64,000 nt of DNA from a phage, in the NCBI GenBank assembly GCA_021469345.1, contig GCA_021469345.1_3049.1; one strand, written 5' to 3'. This document shows, in pieces, positions 35,846-46,260 of the stretch. Each line of letters begins with the position of its first letter. The stretch's first letter is position 1. A program made the translations under genes and the position numbers. A model generated the notes under the pieces. The model was not told where the DNA came from, made no database searches, and saw only the letters and a program-made list of their open reading frames with translations.

Positions 35846-37524
35846 AGAATTTTAAACTAAACCGAGTTAGGTATCAAAATATAATGTCAGTAGGTGGAAA
35901 TCCTATTGACATTCAATTAGATAAGGTTCAAAAAACTCTTATTACTGGACGAAATGGCGGTGGTAAGTCTACTATGTTAGAAGCCATCACATTTGGGCTT
36001 TTTGGTAAACCATTTCGTGACGTAAAGAAAGGCCAATTAATAAACAGTACAAATAAGAAAGAACTTTTAGTTGAACTGTGGATGGAATATGATGAGAAAA
36101 AGTACTATATCAAAAGAGGACAAAAACCGAACGTTTTCGAAATCACCGTTAACGGTACACGTCTTAATGAATCTGCCAGCAGTAAAGATTTCCAAGCAGA
36201 ATTTGAACAGCTTATCGGAATGTCATATGCCAGTTTCAAGCAGATTGTTGTCCTTGGTACAGCAGGGTATACCCCTTTCATGGGTTTGTCGACCCCTGCG
36301 CGAAGAAAGCTTGTGGAAGACCTGCTCGAGGTAGGAACATTAGCTGAAATGGATAAGCTTAATAAAGCACTAATACGTGAATTAAATTCACAAAACCAAG
36401 TGCTTGATGTTAAAAAAGATAGTATTATCCAACAAATTAAAATATATAATGATAATGTTGAACGCCAGAAAAAATTAACGGGTGACAACCTTACTCGTCT
36501 GCAAAATATGTATGATGATTTGGCAAAAGAAGCTAGAACGCTAAAATCGGAAATAGAAGAAGCTAATGAAAGATTAGTTAATATTGTTTTAGACGAAGAC
36601 CCGACTGATGCATTTAATAAAATCGGTCAAGAAGCAGTTTTAATTAAATCAAAAATTGACTCGTATAATAAAGTCATTAATATGTATCACGAAGGTGGAT
36701 TATGTCCAACCTGTTTGTCACAATTAAGTTCCGGTGATAAAGTTGTTTCTAAAATTAAAGATAAAGTTTCTGAATGTACGCATTCATTTGAACAGCTTTC
36801 AACACACCGTGATAATTTAAAAGTTCTTGTTGATGAATACCGAGATAATATTAAAACCCAGCAGTCGTTGGCAAATGATATTCGCAATAAAAAGCAATCT
36901 CTAATCACGACGGTAGATAAAGCTAAAAAAGTTAAAGCAGCTATAGAAAAAGCATCATCTGAGTTTATTGACCATGCTGATGAAATAGCACTGCTTCAAG
37001 AAGAACTTGATAAAATTGTTAAGACAAAAACTAATTTAGTAATGGAAAAATACCATAGAGGAATTTTGACTGATATGCTCAAAGATTCTGGTATTAAAGG
37101 CGCTATTATTAAAAAGTACATTCCATTATTTAATAAGCAGATTAACCATTATCTTAAAATAATGGAAGCGGATTATGTGTTTACATTAGATGAAGAATTT
37201 AATGAGACAATTAAATCCCGTGGTCGTGAAGATTTTAGTTATGCTTCATTTAGTGAAGGTGAAAAAGCACGAATTGATATTGCTCTTTTATTTACTTGGC
37301 GTGATATTGCTTCTATTGTATCTGGTGTTAGTATTAGTACATTAATACTCGATGAAGTGTTTGATGGGTCATTTGATGCCGAAGGTATTAAAGGTGTAGC
37401 TAATATTATAAATTCAATGAAAAACACTAATGTTTTTATAATTTCGCATAAAGACCATGACCCACAAGAGTATGGTCAGCATCTTCAAATGAAGAAAGTT
37501 GGTCGATTTACTGTAATGGTTTAA
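35842..37524 (+). CDS. 46: recombination endonuclease subunit gp46 (Rad50-like ATPase, 560 aa)
   Basis: Walker A GRNGGGKST, coiled coil with CxxC zinc hook, Walker B LILDEVFD; GTG start. Confidence 0.9.
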   Translation: MKNFKLNRVRYQNIMSVGGNPIDIQLDKVQKTLITGRNGGGKSTMLEAITFGLFGKPFRDVKKGQLINSTNKKELLVELWMEYDEKKYYIKRGQKPNVFEITVNGTRLNESASSKDFQAEFEQLIGMSYASFKQIVVLGTAGYTPFMGLSTPARRKLVEDLLEVGTLAEMDKLNKALIRELNSQNQVLDVKKDSIIQQIKIYNDNVERQKKLTGDNLTRLQNMYDDLAKEARTLKSEIEEANERLVNIVLDEDPTDAFNKIGQEAVLIKSKIDSYNKVINMYHEGGLCPTCLSQLSSGDKVVSKIKDKVSECTHSFEQLSTHRDNLKVLVDEYRDNIKTQQSLANDIRNKKQSLITTVDKAKKVKAAIEKASSEFIDHADEIALLQEELDKIVKTKTNLVMEKYHRGILTDMLKDSGIKGAIIKKYIPLFNKQINHYLKIMEADYVFTLDEEFNETIKSRGREDFSYASFSEGEKARIDIALLFTWRDIASIVSGVSISTLILDEVFDGSFDAEGIKGVANIINSMKNTNVFIISHKDHDPQEYGQHLQMKKVGRFTVMV

Positions 37525-37579
37525 TTTATAAGAGATTATGCTTTAATTTATTAGAGTATAATCTCTGTGGAGGAAAAAC

Positions 37580-37768
37580 ATGGAATATTCAACTGGACAA
37601 CATCTATTAACTATTCCTGAAATAAAACGATATATTCTGAGAAATAATTTTTCTAATGAAGAGCATATAGTTACTGAATCTATGCTTAAGAATGCATTTA
37701 AATCAGAATATACGAAAATAATGTCCAACAGAAATGAAGCTTGGACTGTTACTGATTATTATGACTAA
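37580..37768 (+). CDS. hypothetical small protein
   Basis: ORF track; GGAGGAAAAA SD. Confidence 0.45.
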   Translation: MEYSTGQHLLTIPEIKRYILRNNFSNEEHIVTESMLKNAFKSEYTKIMSNRNEAWTVTDYYD

Positions 37769-37777
37769 AGGTGTATT

Positions 37778-38167
37778 ATGACTAAAATTACTGTGAATTA
37801 TACTGTTGATGTAAAAGATATTCAGCCAAAACACGTGCGTTCTGAATCAAATCCACAAAACCAAAATAAAATTCGTCGCGCATGGGTTTTGTCTCTTTCT
37901 GATAACGCAATGGAAGTTATTCAGAACAAAATTAAATCTGCACCTGCTCGTCATGCGTATTATGAAGCTATCGATCGTGAAGTAAGTAATAAATGGATTG
38001 AACTAATGCGCAAACATACTACAGAATCCCTAAACGCCGGTGCTAAATTTATTATGACTTCATGCGGTGAACGTTTAGAAGATGAATATTGCGGTAATGC
38101 AGATGAACGTCTAATTGCTGCTGCTCAAATTGTTGCGAAAACAATTGCGGCTGATTTTAATCGTTAA
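37778..38167 (+). CDS. rpbA: RNA polymerase binding protein RpbA-like (129 aa)
   Basis: position between genes 46 and 45 and size as in T4. Confidence 0.7.
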   Translation: MTKITVNYTVDVKDIQPKHVRSESNPQNQNKIRRAWVLSLSDNAMEVIQNKIKSAPARHAYYEAIDREVSNKWIELMRKHTTESLNAGAKFIMTSCGERLEDEYCGNADERLIAAAQIVAKTIAADFNR

Positions 38168-38168
38168 T

Positions 38169-38191
38169 TGCTTTATTAAATTAGTTATAAA
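38169..38191 (+). promoter_or_regulatory. candidate T4 middle promoter upstream of gene 45
   Basis: TTGCTTTAT MotA-box-like at 38168-38176 and TATAAA -10 about 11 nt downstream. Confidence 0.45.
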
Positions 38192-38222
38192 ATTAAATCT
38201 CATTTGAATTGAAGGAAATTAC

Positions 38223-38909
38223 ATGAAACTGTCTAAAGATACTACTGCTCTGCTGAAAAATTTCGCTACTATTAACTCTGGCATTATGCTTAAATCCGGT
38301 CAATTTATTATGACTCGCGCGGTTAATGGTACAACTTATGCAGAAGCAAATATTTCTGACACTATTGATTTTGATGTAGCAATTTACGATTTGAACGGTT
38401 TTCTCGGTATTCTGTCTCTAGTTAATGATGATGCAGAAATTTCGCAATCAGAAGATGGAAATATCAAAATTGCAGATGCTCGCTCAACAATTTTTTGGCC
38501 AGCAGCCGATCCGAGTACAGTAGTTGCTCCTAATAAACCAATTCCATTCCCGGTAGCATCTGTTGTTACTGAAATTAAAGCTGAAGACCTTCAACAGCTG
38601 TTGCGTGTATCTCGTGGTCTGCAAATTGATACAATTGCTATCACAGTAAAAGAAGGTAAAATCGTAATTAACGGTTTTAATAAAGTAGAAGATTCTGCTT
38701 TGACCCGTGTTAAATATTCTTTGACTCTTGGTGATTATGATGGTGAAAATACATTTAATTTCATTATCAATATGGCAAATATGAAAATGCAACCAGGAAA
38801 TTATAAACTTCTGCTCTGGGCAAAAGGTAAACAAGGTGCTGCTAAATTTGAAGGTGAACATGCGAATTATGTAGTAGCTCTTGAAGCTGATTCTACCCAC
38901 GATTTTTAA
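38223..38909 (+). CDS. 45: sliding clamp gp45 (228 aa)
   Basis: translation matches T4 gp45 as recalled. Confidence 0.95.
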   Translation: MKLSKDTTALLKNFATINSGIMLKSGQFIMTRAVNGTTYAEANISDTIDFDVAIYDLNGFLGILSLVNDDAEISQSEDGNIKIADARSTIFWPAADPSTVVAPNKPIPFPVASVVTEIKAEDLQQLLRVSRGLQIDTIAITVKEGKIVINGFNKVEDSALTRVKYSLTLGDYDGENTFNFIINMANMKMQPGNYKLLLWAKGKQGAAKFEGEHANYVVALEADSTHDF

Positions 38910-38960
38910 TAGAGGGCTTCGGCCCTTTATAATTTACACTAAAACTTGAATGAGGAAATT

Positions 38961-39920
38961 ATGATTACTGTAAATGAAAAAGAACACATTCTTGAACAGA
39001 AATATCGTCCATCTACTATCGATGAATGTATTCTTCCCGCCTTTGATAAAGAAACCTTTAAATCTATTACAAGTAAAGGTAAGATTCCACATATTATTCT
39101 TCATTCTCCTTCTCCAGGAACAGGTAAAACAACTGTAGCGAAAGCATTGTGTCATGATGTAAATGCTGATATGATGTTTGTGAATGGGTCAGATTGTAAA
39201 ATTGATTTCGTTCGTGGTCCTTTGACTAATTTTGCTAGTGCAGCTTCATTTGATGGTCGTCAAAAAGTAATCGTTATTGATGAATTTGACCGCTCAGGAT
39301 TAGCAGAGTCTCAGCGACATCTTCGTTCCTTTATGGAAGCTTATAGTTCAAACTGTAGTATTATTATTACTGCTAACAATATTGATGGTATTATTAAACC
39401 ACTTCAGTCACGTTGCCGAGTTATTACATTCGGTCAACCAACTGATGAAGATAAAATTGAAATGATGAAGCAGATGATTCGTCGATTGACTGAAATCTGC
39501 AAGCATGAAGGAATTGCTATAGCTGATATGAAAGTTGTAGCAGCTTTGGTTAAAAAGAATTTTCCTGATTTTCGTAAAACTATTGGCGAGCTCGATAGTT
39601 ATTCATCTAAAGGTGTTTTGGATGCTGGTATTTTATCACTGGTTACTAACGATCGTGGTGCTATTGATGATGTTCTTGAGTCTCTCAAAAATAAAGATGT
39701 TAAACAACTCAGAGCTTTAGCACCAAAATATGCAGCCGATTATTCGTGGTTCGTGGGTAAACTTGCAGAAGAAATCTATTCACGTGTAACTCCACAGAGT
39801 ATTATTCGTATGTACGAAATTGTCGGCGAAAATAATCAGTATCATGGTATTGCAGCTAATACTGAATTGCATCTAGCTTATCTTTTCATTCAGTTAGCAT
39901 GTGAAATGCAGTGGAAGTGA
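38961..39920 (+). CDS. 44: clamp loader large subunit gp44 (319 aa)
   Basis: matches T4 gp44 as recalled; trimmed from TTG 38946 to ATG 38961 with GAGGAAA SD. Confidence 0.95.
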
Positions 39921-39921
39921 T

Positions 39922-40485
39922 ATGAGCTTATTTGAAGATGATATTCAATTAAACGAGCATCAAATTGCTTGGTATTCAAAAGATTGGACAGCTGTCCAAT
40001 CCGCTGCTGATTCTTTTAAAGAAAAAGCTGAAAATGAGTTTTTTGAAATAATTGGAGCTATTAATAATAAAACTAAATGCTCTATTGCTCAAAAAGATTA
40101 TTCAAAATTCATGGTTGAAAATGCATTATCACAATTTCCAGAGTGCATGCCAGCTGTATATGCTATGAATTTAATCGGTTCTGGATTAAGTGATGAAGCT
40201 CATTTTAATTATCTGATGGCTGCAGTTCCTCGTGGTAAAAGATATGGTAAATGGGCAAAACTGGTTGAAGATTCTACCGAAGTATTGATTATTAAGTTAC
40301 TTGCTAAACGGTATCAAGTTAACATAAATGATGCAATTAACTATAAATCAATTCTTACTAAAAATGGAAAACTACCTTTAGTATTAAAAGAACTAAAAGG
40401 TTTAGTCACGGATGATTTTTTGAAAGAAGTGACTAAGAACGTAAAAGAACAGAAACAACTCAAAAAACTAGCATTGGAATGGTAA
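39922..40485 (+). CDS. 62: clamp loader small subunit gp62 (187 aa)
   Basis: matches T4 gp62 as recalled; trimmed to ATG 39922. Confidence 0.9.
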   Translation: MSLFEDDIQLNEHQIAWYSKDWTAVQSAADSFKEKAENEFFEIIGAINNKTKCSIAQKDYSKFMVENALSQFPECMPAVYAMNLIGSGLSDEAHFNYLMAAVPRGKRYGKWAKLVEDSTEVLIIKLLAKRYQVNINDAINYKSILTKNGKLPLVLKELKGLVTDDFLKEVTKNVKEQKQLKKLALEW

Positions 40486-40486
40486 A

Positions 40487-40855
40487 ATGATTGAAATTAC
40501 TCTTAAAAAACCTGAAGATTTTCTGAAAGTAAAAGAAACTCTGACTCGTATGGGAATTGCTAATAATAAAGATAAAGTTCTGTATCAGTCCTGTCATATT
40601 CTCCAGAAAAAAGGACTATACTATATCGTTCATTTTAAAGAAATGCTTCGTATGGATGGTCGCCAGGTTGAAATGACAGAAGAAGATGAAGTTCGTCGTG
40701 ATTCGATTGCATGGCTGTTAGAAGATTGGGGACTGATTGAAATCGCTCCCGGTCAAAGAACTTTTATGAAAGATTTAACTAATAACTTCCGAGTTATTTC
40801 TTTTAAGCAAAAACATGAATGGAAACTCGTTCCTAAATATACGATTGGTAATTAA
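40487..40855 (+). CDS. regA: translational repressor RegA (122 aa)
   Basis: matches T4 RegA as recalled; ATG overlaps gp62 stop region. Confidence 0.9.
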   Translation: MIEITLKKPEDFLKVKETLTRMGIANNKDKVLYQSCHILQKKGLYYIVHFKEMLRMDGRQVEMTEEDEVRRDSIAWLLEDWGLIEIAPGQRTFMKDLTNNFRVISFKQKHEWKLVPKYTIGN

Positions 40856-40933
40856 GCAAGGGGCTTCGGCCCCTTATTTGGAGTATAATATATCAAGAGC
40901 CTAATAACTCGGGCTATAAACTAAGGAATATCT

Positions 40934-43630
40934 ATGAAAGAATTTTATATCTCTATTGAAACAGTCGGAAATAACATTGTTGAACGTTATATTGATGAAA
41001 ACGGAAAGGAACGTACTCGTGAAGTAGAATATCTTCCGACTATGTTTAGGCATTGTAAGGAAGAGTCAAAGTACAAAGACATCTATGGTAAAAACTGTGC
41101 TCCTCAAAAATTTCCATCAATGAAAGATGCTCGAGATTGGATGAAGCGAATGGAAGACATCGGTCTCGAAGCTCTCGGTATGAACGATTTTAAACTCGCT
41201 TATATCAGTGATACATACGGTTCAGAAATTGTTTATGACCGAAAATTTGTTCGTGTAGCTAACTGTGACATTGAGGTTACTGGTGATAAATTTCCTGACC
41301 CAATGAAAGCTGAATATGAAATTGATGCTATCACTCATTACGATTCAATTGATGATCGTTTTTATGTTTTCGACCTTTTGAATTCAATGTACGGTTCAGT
41401 ATCAAAATGGGATGCAAAGTTAGCTGCTAAGCTTGACTGTGAAGGTGGTGATGAAGTTCCTCAAGAAATTCTTGACCGAGTAATTTATATGCCATTCGAT
41501 AATGAGCGTGATATGCTCATGGAATATATTAATCTTTGGGAACAGAAACGACCTGCTATTTTTACTGGTTGGAATATTGAGGGATTTGACGTTCCGTATA
41601 TCATGAATCGCGTTAAAATGGTTCTCGGTGAACGTAGTATGAAACGTTTCTCTCCAATCGGTCGAGTAAAATCTAAACTAATTCAAAATATGTACGGTAG
41701 CAAAGAAATTTATTCTATTGATGGCGTATCTATTCTTGATTATTTAGATTTGTACAAGAAATTCGCTTTTACTAATTTGCCGTCATTCTCTTTGGAATCA
41801 GTTGCTCAACATGAAACCAAAAAAGGTAAATTACCGTATGATGGTCCTATTAATAAACTTCGTGAGACTAATCATCAACGATACATTAGTTATAACATCA
41901 TTGACGTAGAATCAGTTCAAGCAATTGATAAAATCCGCGGGTTTATCGATCTAGTTTTAAGTATGTCTTATTACGCTAAAATGCCTTTTTCTGGTGTAAT
42001 GAGTCCTATTAAAACTTGGGATGCTATTATTTTTAACTCATTGAAAGGTGAACATAAGGTTATTCCTCAACAAGGTTCGCACGTTAAACAAAGTTTTCCA
42101 GGTGCATTTGTGTTTGAACCTAAACCAATTGCTCGTCGATACATTATGAGTTTTGACTTAACGTCTCTGTATCCTAGCATTATTCGTCAGGTTAACATTA
42201 GTCCTGAGACTATTCGTGGTCAGTTTAAAGTTCATCCAATTCATGAATATATCGCAGGAACAGCTCCTAAACCGAGTGATGAATATTCTTGTTCTCCGAA
42301 TGGATGGATGTATGATAAGCATCAAGAAGGTATCATTCCAAAGGAAATCGCTAAAGTATTTTTCCAGCGTAAAGATTGGAAAAAGAAAATGTTCGCCGAA
42401 GAAATGAATGCCGAAGCTATTAAAAAGATTATTATGAAAGGTGCAGGGTCTTGCTCAACTAAACCAGAAGTTGAACGATATGTTAAGTTCAATGATGATT
42501 TCTTAAACGAATTATCAAATTACACCGAATCTGTTCTTAATAGTCTGATCGAAGAATGTGAAAAAGCAGCTACACTTGCTAACACAAATCAGCTAAACCG
42601 TAAAATTCTTATCAACAGTCTTTATGGTGCTCTTGGTAATATTCATTTCCGTTACTATGATTTGCGAAATGCTACTGCTATCACAATTTTTGGTCAAGTT
42701 GGTATTCAGTGGATTGCTCGTAAAATTAATGAATATCTGAATAAAGTATGCGGAACTAATGGCGAAGATTTCATCGCAGCAGGTGATACTGATTCGGTAT
42801 ATGTTTGTGTAGATAAAGTTATTGAAAAAGTTGGTCTTGGCCGATTCAAAGAGCAGAACGATTTAGTTGAATTCATGAATCAGTTCGGTAAGAAAAAGAT
42901 GGAACCTATGATTGATGTTGCATATCGTGAGTTATGTGATTATATGAATAACCGCGAGCATCTGATGCATATGGACCGTGAAGCTATTTCTTGTCCTCCG
43001 CTTGGTTCAAAGGGCGTTGGTGGATTTTGGAAAGCGAAAAAGCGTTATGCTCTAAACGTTTATGATATGGAAGATAAGCGATTTGCTGAACCACATCTAA
43101 AAATCATGGGTATGGAAACTCAGCAGAGTTCAACACCAAAAGCAGTACAAGAAGCTCTCGAAGAAAGTATTCGTCGTATTCTTCAGGAAGGCGAAGAGTC
43201 TGTCCAAGAATACTATAAGAACTTTGAGAAAGAATACCGTCAACTTGACTATAAAGTTATTGCTGAAGTAAAAACCGCGAACGATATAGCGAAATATGAC
43301 GATAAAGGTTGGCCAGGGTTTAAATGCCCGTTCCATATTCGTGGGGTGCTAACTTATCGTCGAGCTGTTAGCGGTCTGGGTGTAGCTCCAATTTTGGATG
43401 GAAATAAGGTAATGGTTCTTCCGTTACGTGAGGGAAATCCATTTGGTGACAAGTGCATTGCTTGGCCATCAGGTACGGAACTTCCAAAAGAAATTCGTTC
43501 TGACGTACTATCTTGGATTGACTACTCAACTTTGTTCCAAAAATCGTTTGTTAAACCGCTTGCGGGCATGTGTGAATCGGCAGGTATGGACTATGAGGAA
43601 AAAGCTTCGTTAGACTTCCTGTTTGGCTGA
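40934..43630 (+). CDS. 43: DNA polymerase gp43 (family B, 898 aa)
   Basis: exonuclease and polymerase motifs (DxE, YGDTDS); size and position as T4. Confidence 0.97.
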   Translation: MKEFYISIETVGNNIVERYIDENGKERTREVEYLPTMFRHCKEESKYKDIYGKNCAPQKFPSMKDARDWMKRMEDIGLEALGMNDFKLAYISDTYGSEIVYDRKFVRVANCDIEVTGDKFPDPMKAEYEIDAITHYDSIDDRFYVFDLLNSMYGSVSKWDAKLAAKLDCEGGDEVPQEILDRVIYMPFDNERDMLMEYINLWEQKRPAIFTGWNIEGFDVPYIMNRVKMVLGERSMKRFSPIGRVKSKLIQNMYGSKEIYSIDGVSILDYLDLYKKFAFTNLPSFSLESVAQHETKKGKLPYDGPINKLRETNHQRYISYNIIDVESVQAIDKIRGFIDLVLSMSYYAKMPFSGVMSPIKTWDAIIFNSLKGEHKVIPQQGSHVKQSFPGAFVFEPKPIARRYIMSFDLTSLYPSIIRQVNISPETIRGQFKVHPIHEYIAGTAPKPSDEYSCSPNGWMYDKHQEGIIPKEIAKVFFQRKDWKKKMFAEEMNAEAIKKIIMKGAGSCSTKPEVERYVKFNDDFLNELSNYTESVLNSLIEECEKAATLANTNQLNRKILINSLYGALGNIHFRYYDLRNATAITIFGQVGIQWIARKINEYLNKVCGTNGEDFIAAGDTDSVYVCVDKVIEKVGLGRFKEQNDLVEFMNQFGKKKMEPMIDVAYRELCDYMNNREHLMHMDREAISCPPLGSKGVGGFWKAKKRYALNVYDMEDKRFAEPHLKIMGMETQQSSTPKAVQEALEESIRRILQEGEESVQEYYKNFEKEYRQLDYKVIAEVKTANDIAKYDDKGWPGFKCPFHIRGVLTYRRAVSGLGVAPILDGNKVMVLPLREGNPFGDKCIAWPSGTELPKEIRSDVLSWIDYSTLFQKSFVKPLAGMCESAGMDYEEKASLDFLFG

Positions 43631-43643
43631 TAGAATAAATCTA

Positions 43644-43664
43644 GGGACCTCCGGGTCCCTTTTT
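43644..43664 (+). terminator. rho-independent terminator after gene 43
   Basis: GGGACC-TCCG-GGTCCC + T5. Confidence 0.75.
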
Positions 43665-43727
43665 CATACAAGTAATATAAATCTATACTTAGGAAAAATA
43701 GATGATTCTAGGTCCTGTAAATTCATT

Positions 43728-43813
43728 AAAATTTTTTCACAAAACTGTTTACATCCCCGTTCTTCCATGGTACTATACAACTATCAACTGATACGGATTT
43801 GGAGAATGAAATG
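43728..43813 (+). repeat. repeated early promoter-leader cassette (copy B)
   Basis: about 62 bp near-identical to 1750-1811 (2 mismatches) plus similar SD-ATG leader. Confidence 0.6.
43747..43778 (+). promoter_or_regulatory. T4-type early promoter
   Basis: GTTTAC 43747-43752 and GGTACTATACAA. Confidence 0.7.
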
Positions 43814-44191
43814 AAAATCGCTATTTTGGTTATTGCATTAGGTCTTACTGGTTGTGTAGCTCAAGGACCAGTAGTAAATCAGTCTGATGTAGGAAAAATT
43901 GTAAACTGTTCAAGCAAATTTTATAATCCTAATGTCAAGTGTTATAAAGAAGCTCCAAAGCAAACAGTAGAACAAATGCAGGCGAATTTTGACGAAGCTA
44001 TTCGTCCAGATGAATCTGCTCAAGCATATCGTAATTCTGATGTAATTACACGCAAAGAAAAAATTGAAAACTACTGCGCCGAAATTTGGGCTAATTGGGC
44101 TAATAATTATCAATGGCGTACTGGTAAAAATGCTCCGATGGAGTATGTAGTGAATTCTTATAATTCATGCGTAAAAAATTTGACTAAGTGA
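43811..44191 (+). CDS. lipoprotein (lipobox LTGC), imm.1 position
   Basis: trimmed from TTG 43799 to ATG 43811; signal peptide MKIAILVIALGLTGC. Confidence 0.55.
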   Translation: MKIAILVIALGLTGCVAQGPVVNQSDVGKIVNCSSKFYNPNVKCYKEAPKQTVEQMQANFDEAIRPDESAQAYRNSDVITRKEKIENYCAEIWANWANNYQWRTGKNAPMEYVVNSYNSCVKNLTK

Positions 44192-44198
44192 GGAAAAC

Positions 44199-44450
44199 AT
44201 GGAAACTTTAGTAGCAGGTTCAATTTTTATGGTTTTAGTTTCAGGTGTGTTGGCTATTATTATATACATGCTTCCATGGTTTATCGCCTTGATGCGTGGG
44301 TCAAAATCGACAGTAGGAATCTTTTTCACATCTTTACTGTTTAACTGGTCAATTATTGGTTGGTTTATTACATTTATTTGGTCAATTGCAGGTGAAACTA
44401 AAAAGTCTGCACAACCAAATCAAGTAATTATCATCAGAGAGAAGGAATGA
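44199..44450 (+). CDS. imm: superinfection immunity protein Imm (83 aa, membrane)
   Basis: two hydrophobic helices; size and position between genes 43 and 42. Confidence 0.8.
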   Translation: METLVAGSIFMVLVSGVLAIIIYMLPWFIALMRGSKSTVGIFFTSLLFNWSIIGWFITFIWSIAGETKKSAQPNQVIIIREKE

Positions 44451-44596
44451 AAAGCAAAATTATAACAGTGTTGCTTTTAATCTTGATGATTATAATAAGT
44501 ATATACTATAGTGTAACGGTTCCTCTTATGATTCCAACTATTATTTTAGGTTGGGGTTTATTACTGTTACAAGTTAAATATGAATGTATCAATTGA
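44447..44596 (+). CDS. hypothetical small membrane protein (49 aa)
   Basis: ATG overlaps imm stop; hydrophobic. Confidence 0.4.
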   Translation: MKSKIITVLLLILMIIISIYYSVTVPLMIPTIILGWGLLLLQVKYECIN

Positions 44597-44603
44597 GGTT
44601 TAA

Positions 44604-45344
44604 ATGATTAGTGACTCTATGACAGTTGAAGAAATCCGTCTTCGTTTGGGGCTTGCATTAAAAGAAAAAGATTTCGTAGTTGATAAAACCGGTGTTAAAA
44701 CTATTGAAATTATTGGCGCATCATTTGTAGCAGATGAACCGTTTATTTTTGGCGCTCTTAATGATGAATACATTCAGCGTGAACTTGAATGGTACAAGTC
44801 TCAAAGTCTGTTTGTTAAAGATATTCCAGGTGAAACACCAAAGATTTGGCAGCAGGTAGCATCTTCTAAAGGCGAAATTAACTCGAATTATGGCTGGGCT
44901 ATTTGGTCAGAAGATAACTATGCCCAGTATGATATGTGTTTAGCTGAACTTGGTCAAAATCCTGATTCTCGACGTGGTATCATGATTTATACTCGTCCAT
45001 CCATGCAATTTGACTACAATAAAGATGGTATGTCAGATTTCATGTGTACTAATACAGTACAGTACCTGATTCGTGATAAAAAAGTCAATGCAGTAGTAAG
45101 CATGCGCTCAAATGACGTGGTCTTCGGATTCCGTAATGATTATGCATGGCAAAAATACGTATTAGATAAATTAGTATCTGATTTGAATGCCGGCGATTCA
45201 ACTCGTCAGTATAAAGCAGGTTCTATTATATGGAATGTTGGAAGTCTTCATGTATATTCTCGTCATTTTTACTTGGTTGATCATTGGTGGAATACTGGCG
45301 AAACTCATATTGTGAAAAAAGATTATAACGGTGAGTGGAAATGA
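44604..45344 (+). CDS. 42: dCMP hydroxymethylase gp42 (246 aa)
   Basis: thymidylate-synthase-like fold motifs; size and position as T4. Confidence 0.93.
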   Translation: MISDSMTVEEIRLRLGLALKEKDFVVDKTGVKTIEIIGASFVADEPFIFGALNDEYIQRELEWYKSQSLFVKDIPGETPKIWQQVASSKGEINSNYGWAIWSEDNYAQYDMCLAELGQNPDSRRGIMIYTRPSMQFDYNKDGMSDFMCTNTVQYLIRDKKVNAVVSMRSNDVVFGFRNDYAWQKYVLDKLVSDLNAGDSTRQYKAGSIIWNVGSLHVYSRHFYLVDHWWNTGETHIVKKDYNGEWK

Positions 45345-46183
45345 TTCAATTCGTAATTCCAAGCTATCAGCGTGTTGGGGCAGTTTCTGCCCTTGATATG
45401 TTTCCAACTGATTATGAACCTCATATTGTAGTGCGTGAACACGAAGAAAAAGCTTATTATGATGCCTATGGGTCTAAAGCTAAAATTGTAACTATTCCTG
45501 ATGATGTAAACGGAATTGCCGGTACTCGTAAAGCAATTACTGATATGTATGCAGGTCAACGAATCTGGATGATTGACGATGATACTACTATTCGTATGAG
45601 TTCAATGCGAAAAAGAGATGATCGTCGTTGCGTAGATAAAGTCAATCAATTAACCCGTGAACAATTCTACGAATTGATTCAATACGTTGAAGATGCTATG
45701 GATTGCGGGTATTATCATGGTCATGCTCGTCTACCTATTTTTAAAATTACTTCATCTTGGGGTAATTATCGTGAAAATTCATATGGATTCACGAATACAT
45801 GGTATGACCTTGGAAAACTTACGACAGAACAAATTGGGTATGGAAAAATTGATTTGTGCGAAGATATGTATGCATTTCTCAATTTAATTAATCAAGGTTA
45901 TCCGCATTTGGCTTTGTTCAAATATCTGGTTGTATCTGGAAAAGCACAAGCTCCTGGCGGGTGTAGTTCAATTCGTAGTAATTCTAAACATAATAGAGCG
46001 CTTGAGCAAATCAATAGAGAGTTTCCAGAGCAAGCTCGTTGGAAAACATCGAATATTGAAAAACGAAAATCGTTGGGTGAAGAAGACGAGCCATTAAAGG
46101 TTCTTCGCATGTGTGTTTCGCGTAAAGAAAAATCAGAAGCATTTCATAAGTTTAATGCTATTCATCCAATAGCAGTTGATTAA
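45341..46183 (+). CDS. putative glycosyltransferase with DxD motif, at the beta-gt locus
   Basis: trimmed from GTG 45335 to ATG 45341; IWMIDDDT motif; not similar to T4 beta-gt as recalled. Confidence 0.55.
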   Translation: MIQFVIPSYQRVGAVSALDMFPTDYEPHIVVREHEEKAYYDAYGSKAKIVTIPDDVNGIAGTRKAITDMYAGQRIWMIDDDTTIRMSSMRKRDDRRCVDKVNQLTREQFYELIQYVEDAMDCGYYHGHARLPIFKITSSWGNYRENSYGFTNTWYDLGKLTTEQIGYGKIDLCEDMYAFLNLINQGYPHLALFKYLVVSGKAQAPGGCSSIRSNSKHNRALEQINREFPEQARWKTSNIEKRKSLGEEDEPLKVLRMCVSRKEKSEAFHKFNAIHPIAVD

Positions 46184-46260
46184 TGCCTAAATTTATTGTG
46201 TTATAATTACTCTATCTTTAACCAGTGAGGAAAATATAATGATGCCTATGGAAAAAATGA

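Noticed and set aside
35430-38900. Minus-strand track ORFs (e.g. 35430-35654, 36105-36488, 38484-38900, also 7643-8026, 26687-26905, 43130-43336)
   Set aside because: They lie entirely inside well-supported + strand genes (46, 45, GrcA-like, nrdD, 43) and have junk-like composition; shadow ORFs
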